Below, piece by piece: positions 11,929-23,829 of a DNA stretch of 64,000 bases; positions within the stretch are counted from its first letter, which is position 1; every line of letters begins with the position of its first letter. Under the pieces are notes generated by a model, which had not been told where the DNA came from, did no database searches, and worked only from the letters and a program-made list of their open reading frames with translations. Made by a program: the position numbers and the translations under genes. This stretch comes from Octopus sinensis (lineage: Eukaryota): NCBI RefSeq assembly GCF_006345805.1, contig NW_021834791.1, forward strand, positions 1 to 64,000, in the 5' to 3' direction.

Positions 11929-12944
11929 GTAGTAGTAATAATAATAATAATAGTAATAATAATAATGATAATAATAATAATAGTACGCATGTATGTATTA
12001 TCCCATTCTTCAGCAATGTTTTAATCTTGAACACGGATCGAAGTCTCTGCAGTATTAAAGCATGTAAGATGAGTCGAATTTATCGTCAATATTGGCAGCG
12101 GAATTGGTCAGGCTGACCCACAAGACAATGTTAGCTTGATCCACAGATTGTTGGGCTATAGAAACGCATATACATACAAAACATAATGGGCCTTTTGTCG
12201 CTTCGACCAATGAGGGCTCAACAAGATACAGCAGCACAGTGAAGGTCGGTGAGAAATGACCATCATCCTATGGCCGTCTGTGTACTGGGTGAGAGGTGAA
12301 GACTTTCCAGTAACATCGCCTTCCCTTCTCCTGCTGCCTCTTTCCCTAATTGTCAGCCACTGAACGCGTGGAGAATGTGTGATGGTGTTGGTGCTGGTAT
12401 TTTAGTTTGTTGCATAACCTGTACGATTAATATTATAATAGTTAGCATGGATTGTGCAGAGCTTGTTGCACTCTCAACCAGTGCAACAAGTCTGTTGAAA
12501 AGTCTGTGAGTGACCTTCTTCAGGAGGTAATTCCAGGATGTGAAAGTTAACTCGTAGTTAGAACACCGGCAGGTGCTGGTAGTCCGGGTCAGTGTAAACC
12601 TGGAAATAATAGTGACTAAGGGGTGGTTCCACATCTTCGAAACCATAGAGCTCCATAAACCGGGTCCCCTTACTGGATGTAGTACAAATTACACCCAAGA
12701 CAAATCATACCCAAGGCATACACACAGAGACATACATATATGCACGCGTATAGAGTAGAGTTCAGCCAGACGTCACCTGAAGGAAGTATGACATAATAAC
12801 ACGTACCGTGTTTTCGTTACTCGTTTAGGTGCCCGTATAGTCGCTGGAAGACTTAAACATCCCCCCAGCTGTTTCATCCTAGGCTCAGTAGATGATCCAT
12901 GAAGTGAGTGCTGGAGAGAGAGAGAGAGAGAGGGGTTTGCGCCA

Positions 12945-13108
12945 GAAACCGGTTGAAGTAGATCTCATTACTACTGAGACACCTGGGGCGACTTGGAACC
13001 AAGGACTTTCTTTATTCAAGAAAATAAAGTGTTGCCCAGACTGAGAATTGAATTTACGACCTCATGGTCGCGTGTTAGGACCCAAACCACTATGCCACGC
13101 ACCTCCAC
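12945..13108 (-). mobile_element. tRNA-headed SINE fragment
   Basis: Reverse complement reads GGTGCGTGGCATAGTGGTTTGGG...GTAAATTCAATTC, an A/B-box-like head similar to group C. Confidence 0.6.
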
Positions 13109-13149
13109 ACTCAAATATATACACATACGAGCGCTTGTTTATTATCAAA

Positions 13150-14020
13150 TTACCCACATAAACATAGACACATAGAAACACACATACACACACACATACA
13201 CGCATGCACGCATACACATGTGCCCTCCCAGACACACACACACACACATTCGATGGATACACACATATTCAGAGATACATCGACGCATGCACAAACACAC
13301 ACACACATGCAGGTACACGTACATGTGTGAATCCTCGCACAGAACGATATTAAGACATACAAACATTAACGGTGAACATACATATATTCTCAAAGACACT
13401 AATGCACACATTCTTATACACACACTCACTCACGCACACATGCACACACACATGCACGCACGCACACACACGCGCACGCACACACTCGCACACAAGCACA
13501 CTCATACACATACGCACACACAAATATACACACGGACAAACTCTCACATACACAGGCACAAACTCACACGCACACACACGCGCATGCATGCACACATACA
13601 TACACACATACACACATGCATACACACATACACACACAAACTGACACACACACATAATACACACACGTACAAACTCTCACACACACATGCACACACACAC
13701 TCACACACGCACAAACTCACACACACGAGCATACACACACACGCACAAACGTTCACACACACATACATACACACACGCACAACTCACACACACACACACG
13801 CATACATACACACACACACGCACACACTCACACACATACATACACACATACACACTCGCACAAACTCACGCACACACACGCATACATACACACGCACAAA
13901 CTATATCACACACATACATACACACACACACGCGCACAAACTCACACACGAATGCATACACACACACATACATACACACAGACACAAACAGACACACACA
14001 CAGATACGTGTATATACACT
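13150..14020. repeat. Degenerate (CA)n low-complexity tract
   Basis: Visible directly; gives HT-rich ORFs. Confidence 0.95.
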
Positions 14021-15390
14021 TTATCTGCTGTCTGATATTCTTGCAACAGTGTTTAGTTCCCCGTCTGCCTTTGTTTAATTAAAGAGGCGAATAACTTGAA
14101 ATCTTTGAACAAATTTATCGCAGATATTCTACAATATAGCAAAAATCTAGCGCAGATTCAGTAACAGTTTGGAGTAGAAGAAGGCAGCCATAAGTGGTTC
14201 CTGGAGAACTGAGTTGTCTTTGATGTTTTTCATTTGGCGAAGAGCATTAATTCATCGGCTGTAACATTCGGCCGGAAGTAAGAACATTTAAGATAAGGCA
14301 ATTAGCCAAGCTTTAATATAGCCTCGATTTAAAAACGTATCAATTGATAACTCAAGAAGAAAAAAGGAAAAGAGGAAAGAAAGTAAAAAGGAAAGGAGGA
14401 AAAACGAACAGGGAAAGAATTTACAGTAAATTATTCCAGTAGTTTGCGATCTGGATGATAACGACAATGGCGGCGGATGAATTCTGGCCAGTAGTTGGGT
14501 GTTTTTTTTTTGTGTTTGTTTGTGTCTGTGTGCGGTTATCTCCATAGTTTTATACTTCATAATAAAGAAGAGTCATGCAAAGCGACTAATAAATCAATCC
14601 TTGAAGTGTTATGCACCACTAACTACTTCGAGTTTTGCTGAAGTGAACACGACCAAGAAAAAGAAAAACCACATTGCGTAATAAACCATTGATTTGGTAA
14701 TATCTAAACTTCTTTTGGCTGTGTTGTGGAGCGTAGGATCAACGAAATAACAAATAGTCGCCATTTTGGAAAATTTTAGTGGTATAAAGATTTAATCAGC
14801 GGCTAAAGTCCACTAAGTTGTTTAAATATCATTTATGTTTTTGATTTCTGCTTTTTGGTGTCTATTTTGACAATTCTTTATGTGAGACTATTTAAAGATA
14901 ACTCCATAAGGTGACACATTTGTAAGAAAATACTGCAGAAAATTTAATCAAGGGCCTACGCATTTCTACACATCACCGGTCTCACAATGAATAAATATAT
15001 GTGGTGTCATTAAACTTGATGATAAAGTGTCTCTGCTTGTCTATCTCTTTATCTTCAGCTCTTTCTCTTTACACACACACACGCACACACACACACACAT
15101 ACACACACATACACACACGCACACACACACACACACACACATACATATGTGCGTGTGAGTGTGTTCGACATATATCCACAGTTGAAATAGTTACGCCCAT
15201 CATTAGCCATATATTCTCGTGTCCTGCAGTGTTTCGGTTCTTACAATATACACCTTCATTCAGGCAACTCGACCAAGACCGATCGAGCCTAGCCCTGTGT
15301 TAAAGTAGAATGTACAGATTTCCACTGATCATTTCTTTTCAGCTAGAGTAGTCTGGATGCCTTTCCAGCAGTTACTACCTTGCCCTCGAC

Positions 15391-15454
<64 letters not shown>

Positions 15455-15488
15455 TGTATGTATGTATGTATGTATGTATGTATGTGTA

Positions 15489-15709
15489 TAGTAAAGATTG
15501 TTTGCCAACATAACATGGCAGTCTTGACTTAGGACAAATGTTGCTGTAATTTAGCCCCAGGAGACATAGTCTCCAGCTGGCTATATGGCACGATCTGTCT
15601 CCTTATAATTTCGAACAAGGGGGTGCTACATTCCCTTGTTCGAAAATGTTACAGCAACATTCGTCCTAAGCCACGACTGCTATGTTATGCTGGCAAACAA
15701 TCTTTACTA
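15489..15709. mobile_element. 221-bp MITE with about 62-bp terminal inverted repeats
   Basis: TAGTAAAGATTGTTTGCCAACATAACATGGCAGTCTTGACTTAGGACAAATGTTGCTGTAA matches the reverse complement of the right end with about 5 mismatches. Internal hairpin TTCGAACAAGGG/CCCTTGTTCGAA. Flanks TA/CA fit a decayed TA TSD. Confidence 0.85.
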
Positions 15710-16237
15710 CAAATTACTGTTGCTGAATATCGCAAGTTGTGAGATTTAAAATAGTAATTTTCTAATATATATATAGAGAGAGAGGTTCAGCAAAATTTAG
15801 ATTCAGATGAATATGGCACTTAAGTCAAAGGCTCCAGAATTTTGTATGGTACTATCCATATAAATCCATGGGGTGATTATAATCAAAATAAGCAACAAGT
15901 ATATCTTAGGTAATGTGGTACAATCGTTTCATGCTACTTCATTTTATTAAACATTGTAAGTATTACATCAGTTTTAAAATGTTGAGCAATCTTCAGCCAT
16001 TTATAGAAATTTTCCATCAAACGGACAATACATATTCTTATCTCCATTTCGTTTGCCAACATTATAAAGAGGGTAGATATACAGGCAGAGAGGTTGATTG
16101 CATTCTTAAGAACATGATAGTATTAAAATTTACTCTCTGACTGAAGATTTTTTCACTTAGTTATTTAGATATGTTAGTGAGGAGGAGGGGAGGGATTTTC
16201 TGTTGGATGGAGACAAAGAATAAATAAATAAATATAT

Positions 16238-16319
<82 letters not shown>

Positions 16320-16345
16320 ACAGAGAGAGAGACAGAGAGAGAGAC

Positions 16346-16376
<31 letters not shown>

Positions 16377-16901
16377 GACAGAGACAGATAAATACACACA
16401 TATATATGAGCGTGTATGTGTATATAATTAGCCACGACTAGAATATACTCTCAACTGACCACTTTAATAAAAGAAAATGGGATCCTCTCGAAAGAAAAGA
16501 AAACCTTAGACAAATTATATCAGGAAAATCAAACAAAGTAAGATACTTCGCAAGACATGAGCAGTTCTCAATCTCCAGTTGCAGTACCCGAACCGTACAC
16601 CTGCGAGTTTGGTGACATCATTGAATCTACAACAGCCTTGAATCTATGCTCTGAATCTGGTTGGTTATTTACCAGAGTATTAGAAAGACTGATGGAAAAA
16701 GATGTATGTCTGTTTAGAGCAAAGCAACTCATGATGCTAGGGTCGTTATACAATAAGACTAACAGCATTCCGAAGCCAACAAAATGTAATTGTCTGTACA
16801 GGATCTGATACAATTTGTGAACTACTACAATATAACAATAGTATGACTAGAAAAATGCTTAAAACCAATCAACTGTTTTATGTATGAAAGGGAGAACGTA
16901 G

Positions 16902-17328
16902 GGATCTTTTCGGTTTGAACGGCAGTTTTTCTAGCGGTCTCATATGAAATTGTCACCCATAATATACCCTAGTATTGATCTATTGCATTTCAATCTGTTT
17001 TAGGTTTAGAGTTAGAGTTAGGGTTAGGGGTGGGGGGAAGGGTATCTTTTTTTTCTTCACAAATGTAAATAAACCCAATCTGTTACTTAAACAAGGGACA
17101 TATTCATACGATACAGAATGTTTTCACCTCAAAAGACGTCATTGATTGGTTGAAATTGCAGAAATTGAAAAAAAAACCCAATAAATATCTTACAAACTAT
17201 AGAATTTTCTCAATAAAGCCAAGAGAAAAAGATGTTTTATAAACACATTCTACCAGTATACGAAGTTTAAAAGTGTTTAGTTACGTGGAAATTATTAAAA
17301 AAAACTGCCGGTCAAACCGAAAAGATTC
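16902..17328. mobile_element. GGATC-ended MITE (about 425 bp), copy 1, with 8-bp TSD
   Basis: TIR GGATCTTTTCGGTTTGAACGGCAGTTTTT at both ends. Flanks GAACGTAG (16894-16901) and GAACGCAG (17329-17336). Internal TTAGGG-like run at 17001-17030. Confidence 0.92.
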
Positions 17329-17632
17329 GAACGCAGAAAAACGGAAAGCTCTTTATCTGTTTCGCCCATTCTTTCACTAGTTTCAGTTATTGAGTTATTG
17401 GACGGTGGCCATGATGGAACCCGCTTTATAATTTTTTTTTTCTCGAGCAAATCGACCCAGGTACTTATAATTTTAAAATCTGATACATATTTTATCGGTT
17501 TTCTTTTGTCGAACTGCAAAGTTACAGGGGCTTAAACAAATCAACACCGTTTGTCAAGCAAAAGGTGAAGGACAAACACACACACAACACACACACACAC
17601 ATACATACATCTCTCTCTCTCCCTCTCTCTCC

Positions 17633-17759
<127 letters not shown>

Positions 17760-17774
17760 GGTGTATGTATGCAC

Positions 17775-18172
17775 AGGCGTGGCTGTGTGGTAAGAAGCTT
17801 GCTTACCAACCACATGGTTCCGGTTCAGTTCCACTGCATGGCACCTTGAGCAAGTGTCTTCTACTATAGCCTCGGGCCGACCAAAGCCTTGTGAGTGGAT
17901 TTGGTAGACGGAAACTGCAAGAAGCCCGTCGTACATATATATATATATTATATATATTTTTATATGTTTGTGTGTCTGTGTTTGTCCGCCCACCACCATC
18001 ACTTGAAAACCTATGCTGGTGTATTTACGTCCCCGTAACTTAGTGGTTCGCCAAAAGAGACCGATAGAATAAGTACTAAGCTTACAAAGAATAAGTCCTG
18101 GGGTCGATTAATTCAACTAAAGGCAGTGCTCCAGTATGGCCACAGCCAAATGACTGAAACAAGTGAAAGAAT
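17775..18172 (+). mobile_element. SINE group B, full length
   Basis: Head GGCGTGGCTGTGTGGTAAGAAGCTTGC...GGTTCAGTTCC, internal (TA)n, 3' GAATA repeats; homologous to 30756-31170. Confidence 0.9.
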
Positions 18173-18485
18173 AGAATAATATATATATATATATATATAT
18201 ATATTTCAACAATTGAGGGTAAAATTAATTAATTATTAATCAATTTCACCAAGTATTCAGTATGCAAAGGACCATTTAAGGCGAATTCAAATTTTACATT
18301 ATATAAAAGGTTAGTAAAATAAATTACTTTGCCGCATACTGAACTCATTAGAAATAGTAGCTAAAAAATCTTTTTTAAAACTATTTCTAATACTTAAAGA
18401 AAACCTCTCTCATATAGTGTTTGCTCAATTCAACTCACGAAAGTATGGGGGTAAAGACATTAAAAAATCAAATGCAAAGGTTATT

Positions 18486-18536
18486 TGAGAACGTACGTTT
18501 CAAGATAGTCAACTCGACATTTCTATCATCAGCTCA
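18486..18536 (-). ncRNA. Type I hammerhead ribozyme motif, left arm
   Basis: Minus strand TGAG-CTGATGA-TAGAAATGTC(GAGTT)GACTATCTT-GAAACG(TA)CGT-T-CTCA. Confidence 0.7.
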
Positions 18537-19004
18537 GAACTCCTTGGTTTGGATTTGAAAACACTGAAAGTGGGAGCATACCCTTTCGGCTTCTTATCGC
18601 TTCTGAAGATCTGCTCGAAACTAACAGTGCCAGCAAACTCAAATATGCAAGCGAAGAATTTCTGTCTTTTACTTCGTGTTTTCGCCTTAAATGGCGAAAT
18701 TTCGCCTTAAATGGTCCCTTTGCATACTGAATACTTGGTGAAATTGATTAATAATTAATTAATTTTACCCTCAATTGTTGAAATTATAATTCATCTCTCT
18801 CTATTTAATGCCTCGGATTTTACCGAAAAAAGCATAGTGTTTACTGATTTTAACCCCCGCTGGTGGAAAGGGGAGAGCAGAAATCTTCGCTTGCATATTT
18901 GAGTTTGCTGGCACTGTTAGTTTCGAGCAGATCTTCAGAAGCGATAAGAAGCCGAAAGGGTATGCTCCCACTTTCAGTGTTTTCAAATCCAAACCAAGGA
19001 GTTC

Positions 19005-19056
19005 TGAGCTGATGATAGAAATGTCGAGTTGACTAATCTTGAAACGTACGTTCTCA
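19005..19056 (+). ncRNA. Type I hammerhead ribozyme motif, right arm
   Basis: TGAG-CTGATGA-TAGAAATGTC(GAGTT)GACTAATCTT-GAAACG(TA)CGT-T-CTCA: intact CUGAUGA/GAAA core, stem I TGAG/CTCA, palindromic stem III ACGTACGT. The first stem II pair is U-U, which is non-canonical. Confidence 0.7.
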
Positions 19057-19589
19057 AATAACCTTTGCATTTGATTTTTTAATGTCTTTACCCCCATACT
19101 TCGTGAGTTGAATTGAGCAACACTATATGAGAGAGGTTTTCTTTAAGTATTAGAAATAGTTTTAAAAAAGTTTTTTTTAGCTACTATTTCTAATGAGTTC
19201 AGTATGCGGCAAAGTAATTTATTTTACTAAGCCCTTTTATATAATGTAATAATTTGAATTCGCCTTAAATGGTCCCTTTGCATACTGAATACTTGGTGAA
19301 ATTGATTAATAATTAATTAATTTTACCCTCAATTGTTGAAATTATAATTCATCTCTCTCTATTTAATGCCTCGGATTTTACCGAAAAAAGCATAGTGTTT
19401 ACTGATTTTAACCCACGCTGGTGGAAAGGGGAGAGCAGAATTCTTTAAGTATTAGAAATAGTTTTAAAAAAGTTTTTTAGCTACTATTTCTAATGAGTTC
19501 AGTATGCGGCAAAGTAATTTATTTTACTAAGCCCTTTTATATAATGTTATATATAATATATATATATATTATATATATATATATAATTA

Positions 19590-19800
19590 TAATAATTAGA
19601 GACAAAACCACTATTATGCAAATCAAACAAAGAAAGACTTAAGCCAATACATAAAATAATTTATATAAATTAAATTTTAACAAATGAATAACCACTACGA
19701 TCGTTTCGTGTCAGCACATCTTAGACATTCTTCAGGTGGTTTCTAAACCTAAAATATAAAATATAATCTATATTTTTACGATATAAATATCTATATAATC
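19590..19800 (-). mobile_element. AT-rich pseudo-LTR-like element ending in (TA)n
   Basis: Contains the hammerhead at 19690-19741; its 3' end runs into the (TA)n at about 19548-19590. Confidence 0.6.
19690..19741 (-). ncRNA. Type I hammerhead ribozyme motif
   Basis: Minus strand AACCAC-CTGAAGA-ATGTC(TAAGATGTGCT)GACAC-GAAACG(AT)CGT-A-GTGGTT: perfect 6-bp stem I, 4-bp stem II after an A-C mismatch, palindromic stem III ACGATCGT, GUA cleavage triplet. Confidence 0.8.
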
Positions 19801-19821
19801 TAAATATACATACATATATTT

Positions 19822-19975
19822 GACGGGTTTCTACACAGTTTCTGTCTTACAAATTCACTCACAAGGCATTGGTCAGCCTGGGGCTAAAGTAGAAGATACT
19901 TGCCCAAGATACTGTACCGTGGGACTGGACCCAAAACCCCGTGGTTGCAAAGTGAACCATGCCTACGCCTCCAAT
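19822..19975 (-). mobile_element. SINE group B 5' half
   Basis: CACTCACAAGGCATTGGTCAGCCTGGGGCTAAAGTAGAAGATACTTGCCCAAG matches group B in reverse. Confidence 0.75.
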
Positions 19976-20209
19976 AACGAAAGCGCCTAGAGTCGCATGA
20001 GAAAGATACACAGAAGGAGAATGAGAAATTGCAGTCGGATGAATGCACGGACAAGCAAGAGTGCCAAAGCATACAGACGAAAGAACCACAGCGGAGAGAA
20101 GTACTGGAACATTGTGGAAATGGAAAAAGGAAGAAACAACGATGGCAGCAAAAACACGAAGTAAAAGATGCCGAGATAAGTCGAAGAACGGTAAGTATAT
20201 AAAATTGTG

Positions 20210-20661
20210 GGGATCTTTTCGGTTTACCCGGCAGTTTTTTAAAATAATTTCCACGTAACTAAAAAATATTAAACTTCGTATACTGGTAGAATGTGTTTAT
20301 AAAACATCTTTTTCTCTTGGCTTTATTGAGAAAATTCTATAGTTTGCAAGATATTTGTTGCTTTTTTTTTTTCTTCAATTTCTGAAATTTCAACCAATCA
20401 CTAACGTCCATTCAGGTAAACAACATTCTGTGTTGTATGAATATGTCCCTCGTTTAAGAAATAGATTGGGTTTATTTACATTTCCGAAGAAAAAAAGATA
20501 CCCTTCCTCCCACCCCTAACCCTAACCCTAACTAACTCTAACTCTAACCCTAACCCTAAAACAGATTGAAATGCAATAGATCGATACTAGGGTCATAATT
20601 ATGGGTGACAATTCCATATGACACCGCTAGAAAAAATCTGCTGTTCAAACCGAAAAGATCC
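20210..20661. mobile_element. GGATC-ended MITE, copy 2, opposite orientation to copy 1
   Basis: Same TIRs and body; (CCCTAA)-like run at about 20514-20558. No clear TSD. Confidence 0.9.
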
Positions 20662-21094
20662 GTAAATTATTACAAACAAAAAGAAGAAATAATGTAAAAT
20701 GAATTGATGAACAAACAAGTATTTAAAATGTTTTTTTAAAAAGTTACTTTTCATTTGTAAAAAAAAAAAAAGGACACATATGAACGTTTATTTTAAAAGC
20801 AGGAAATGAACGGAAAGGTCACGGTTTCGCATTGTAGCGAAACTAGAGGTGGTTTTAAGTTTAATTGTAAAGTGTATTTGTAAAGTTAATTGTAAAGTTT
20901 AATTGTAAAATTTAATCGTAAAGTTAATTGTATTTTCTGTTGTAAAAAAAAGACACATATGAATGTTTATTTTAAAAGCAGGAAACGAAAGGAAAGGTCA
21001 CGGTTTCGCATTGTAGCGAAACTAGAGATGGCTTTAAGTTTAATTGTAAAGTGTATTTGTAAAGTTAATTGTAAAGTTTAATTGTAAAGTTAAT

Positions 21095-21829
21095 GGATCT
21101 TTTCCTTTTGAACGGCAGTTTTCAATACCATTTCTAGTTAACTAAACACTTTTAAACTTCGTATACTGGTAGAATGTGTCAAAATAAAACATTTTTTCTC
21201 TTGGCTTTCTTGAGAAAATGGTAATTTGTAAGTTTAACGTAGTTTAATTTTTTGAATTCTAGCCAATCCTATGCCCTCTATTGAGCTAAAATCATTTGCA
21301 GCGTCTAAAACTGACACACATCTTGTCACTAACCCTAACCCTAACCCTGAATTTTAGCCTTTCGGTTTTTTTTTCTTAATTTAATTGTTACGCGTGTATC
21401 TAAAATTATTCGTTTTGTTTTTGTTTTGAGTTTTTGCTTTCGTTTTAGCCTTTCGCTTTCTTTTCTTAATTGTTAAATTAAAATTATTTTCCATTGCTTT
21501 TGTTTTAGCCTTTTTTTTCTTGATTGTTATCCTTAAATTAATTTAACAATTAAGAAAAAAAAAAACGAAAGGCTAAAATTTAGGGTTAGGATTAGTGACA
21601 GGATGTTGTCTGTTTTAGACGCAGCAAATGATTTTAGCTCAATAGAGGGCATAGGATTGGTTAAAATTCGAAAATTTAAACTACGTTAGACTTACAAATT
21701 ACAATTTTCTCAAGAAAGTCAAGAGAAAAAAATGCTTTATTTTGACACATTTTACCAGTATACGAAGTTTAAAAGTGTTTAGTTAACTAGAAATTGTATT
21801 GAAAACTGCCGTTCAAAAGGAAAAGATCC
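21095..21829. mobile_element. 735-bp fold-back MITE with about 290-bp inverted arms and 8-bp TSD
   Basis: Arms begin GGATCTTTTCCTTTTGAACGGCAGTTTTCAATAC and match for about 290 bp. AAGTTAAT is duplicated at 21087-21094 and 21830-21837. Confidence 0.92.
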
Positions 21830-22032
21830 AAGTTAATTGTAAATTTCAATCGTAAAGTTAATTGTATTTTCTTTTGTAAAAAAAAAAAGGACACATATGA
21901 ATGTTTATTTTAAAGGCAGGAAACGAAAGGAAAGGTCACGGTTTCGCATTGTAGCGAAACTAGAGATGGCTTTAAGTTTAATTGTAAAGTGTATTTGTAA
22001 AGTTAATTGTAAAGTTTAATTGTAAAGTTAAT

Positions 22033-22769
22033 GGATCTTTTCCTTTTGAACGGCAGTTTTCAATACCATTTCTAGTTAACTAAACACTTTTAAACTTCGT
22101 ATACTGGTAGAATGTGTCAAAATAAAACATTTTTTCTCTTGGCTTTCTTGAGAAAATGGTAATTTGTAAGTTTAACGTAGTTTAATTTTTTGAATTCTAG
22201 CCAATCCTATGCCCTCTATTGAGCTAAAATCATTTGCAGCGTCTAAAACTGACACAACATCTTGTCACTAACCCTAACCCTAACCCTGAATTTTAGCCTT
22301 TCGGTTTTTTTTTCTTAATTTAATTGTTACGCGTGTATCTAAAATTATTCGTTTTGTTTTTGTTTTGAGTTTTTGCTTTCGTTTTAGCCTTTCGCTTTCT
22401 TTTCTTAATTGTTAAATTAAAATTATTTTCCATTGCTTTTGTTTTAGCCTTTTTTTTCTTGATTGTTATCCTTAAATTAATTTAACAATTAAGAAAAAAA
22501 AAAAACGAAAGGCTAAAATTTAGGGTTAGGATTAGTGACAGGATGTTGTCTGTTTTAGACGCAGCAAATGATTTTAGCTCAATAGAGGGCATAGGATTGG
22601 TTAAAATTCGAAAATTTAAACTACGTTAGACTTACAAATTACAATTTTCTCAAGAAAGTCAAGAGAAAAAAATGCTTTATTTTGACACATTTTACCAGTA
22701 TACGAAGTTTAAAAGTGTTTAGTTAACTAGAAATTGTATTGAAAACTGCCGTTCAAAAGGAAAAGATCC
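22033..22769. mobile_element. Second, almost identical copy of the fold-back MITE
   Basis: Differs from 21095-21829 only by small indels; same insertion site and TSD; period about 938 bp. Confidence 0.92.
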
Positions 22770-22944
22770 AAGTTAATTGTAAATTTCAATCGTAAAGTTA
22801 ATTGTATTTTCTTTTGTAAAAAAAAAAAGGACACATATGAATGTTTATTTTAAAGGCAGGAAACGAAAGGAAAGGTCACGGTTTCTCATTGTAGCGAAAC
22901 TAGAGGTGGTTTTAAGTTTAGTTGTAAAATGTATTTGTAAAGTT

Positions 22945-23365
22945 GGATCTTTTCGGTTTGAACGGCAGTTTTTAACATAATTTCTAGGTAATTAAAAAAT
23001 TTTAAACTTCGTATACTGGTAGAATGTGTTTACAAAACATCTTTTTCTCTTGGCTTGAGAAAATTCTATAGTTTGTAAGATATTTGTTGTTTTTTTTCTT
23101 CAATTTCTGCAATTTCAACCAATCAATGACGTCTATTGAGGTGAAAACATTCTGTGCCGTATGAATATGTCCCTCGTTTAAGAAACAGATTGGGTTTATT
23201 TACATTTGTGAAGAAAAAAAGACCCTTCCCCCCACCCCTAACCTTAACCCTAACAAACCCTAAAACAGATTGAAATGCAATAGATCGATACTAGGGTCAT
23301 AATTATGGGTGACAATTTCATATGACACCGCTAGAAAAAAACTGCCGTTCAAACTGAAAAGATCC
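22945..23365. mobile_element. GGATC-ended MITE, copy 3
   Basis: TIRs GGATCTTTTCGGTTTGAACGGCAG / CTGCCGTTCAAACTGAAAAGATCC; body matches copies 1 and 2. Confidence 0.92.
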
Positions 23366-23601
23366 GCAATGGAGTAATAGGCTCAATGGAGCCGTCCTGT
23401 TCACTAAGAGTTTTACCTCACATCCATCCATTTAACGCTGAAGAAATTCGAAGACATTTCTTTGTTTCAACGAAAAAAAAAACAAGACAAACAAAAACGT
23501 CAACGTTTCTCGTAGGCATTTCCGAAGCTACTCACTAGAACTGCACTTTGCAAAATAGTTACGCAACACTCTAGTTTCACTTCTGTCTGTCTGTGTGCCA
23601 G

Positions 23602-23646
<45 letters not shown>

Positions 23647-23829
23647 TCTCTCTTTCTCTGGAAGTCATTACACAAAATATCTACTTTTTTACTTCCTTCT
23701 ATAAATGTTACATTTATCTTCCTAGCCTCGTACCATTTCCATTAGGAAGAATAAGTATTTCGAACCATTTTTTTCCATTTTATGTTTACAAATTTAATTT
23801 CAGCTAAATGCAATCTCTTTCAACTCCTT

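Larger units (their letters stand above)
18204..19547. mobile_element. Inverted plus tandem array of a 558-bp hammerhead-containing non-coding unit (PLE pseudo-LTR or retrozyme-like)
   Basis: 18204-18657 is the reverse complement of 18884-19341. 18701-18882 recurs directly at 19259-19440. 19441-19547 repeats about 19139-19247. Both outer ends run into (TA)n. Confidence 0.85.
20757..22944 (+). repeat. Tandem array of an approximately 185-bp unit (about 4 copies), two of them interrupted by the same fold-back MITE
   Basis: GACACATATGAA.GTTTATTTTAAA.GCAGGAAA...GGTCACGGTTTC.CATTGTAGCGAAACTAGAG starts at about 20772, 20952, 21890 and 22830. Confidence 0.9.

Noticed and set aside
16500-16850. ORFs 16557-16808 and 16568-16813
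   Set aside because: Short, with no convincing domain; the ESGWLFTRV string is too weak to assign to any element.
18600-18632. CTGAAGA...GAAAC hammerhead-like string on the opposite strand of the 558-bp unit
   Set aside because: Stem II cannot pair, and the base at the cleavage position would be G.
18801-19097. 98-aa ORF in the inverted array
   Set aside because: Antisense to the hammerhead, no recognisable motif, and broken by indels in the mirror arm.
20514-20558. CCCTAA runs as a true telomere or fusion scar
   Set aside because: Short, imperfect, and always at a fixed internal position of MITE copies.
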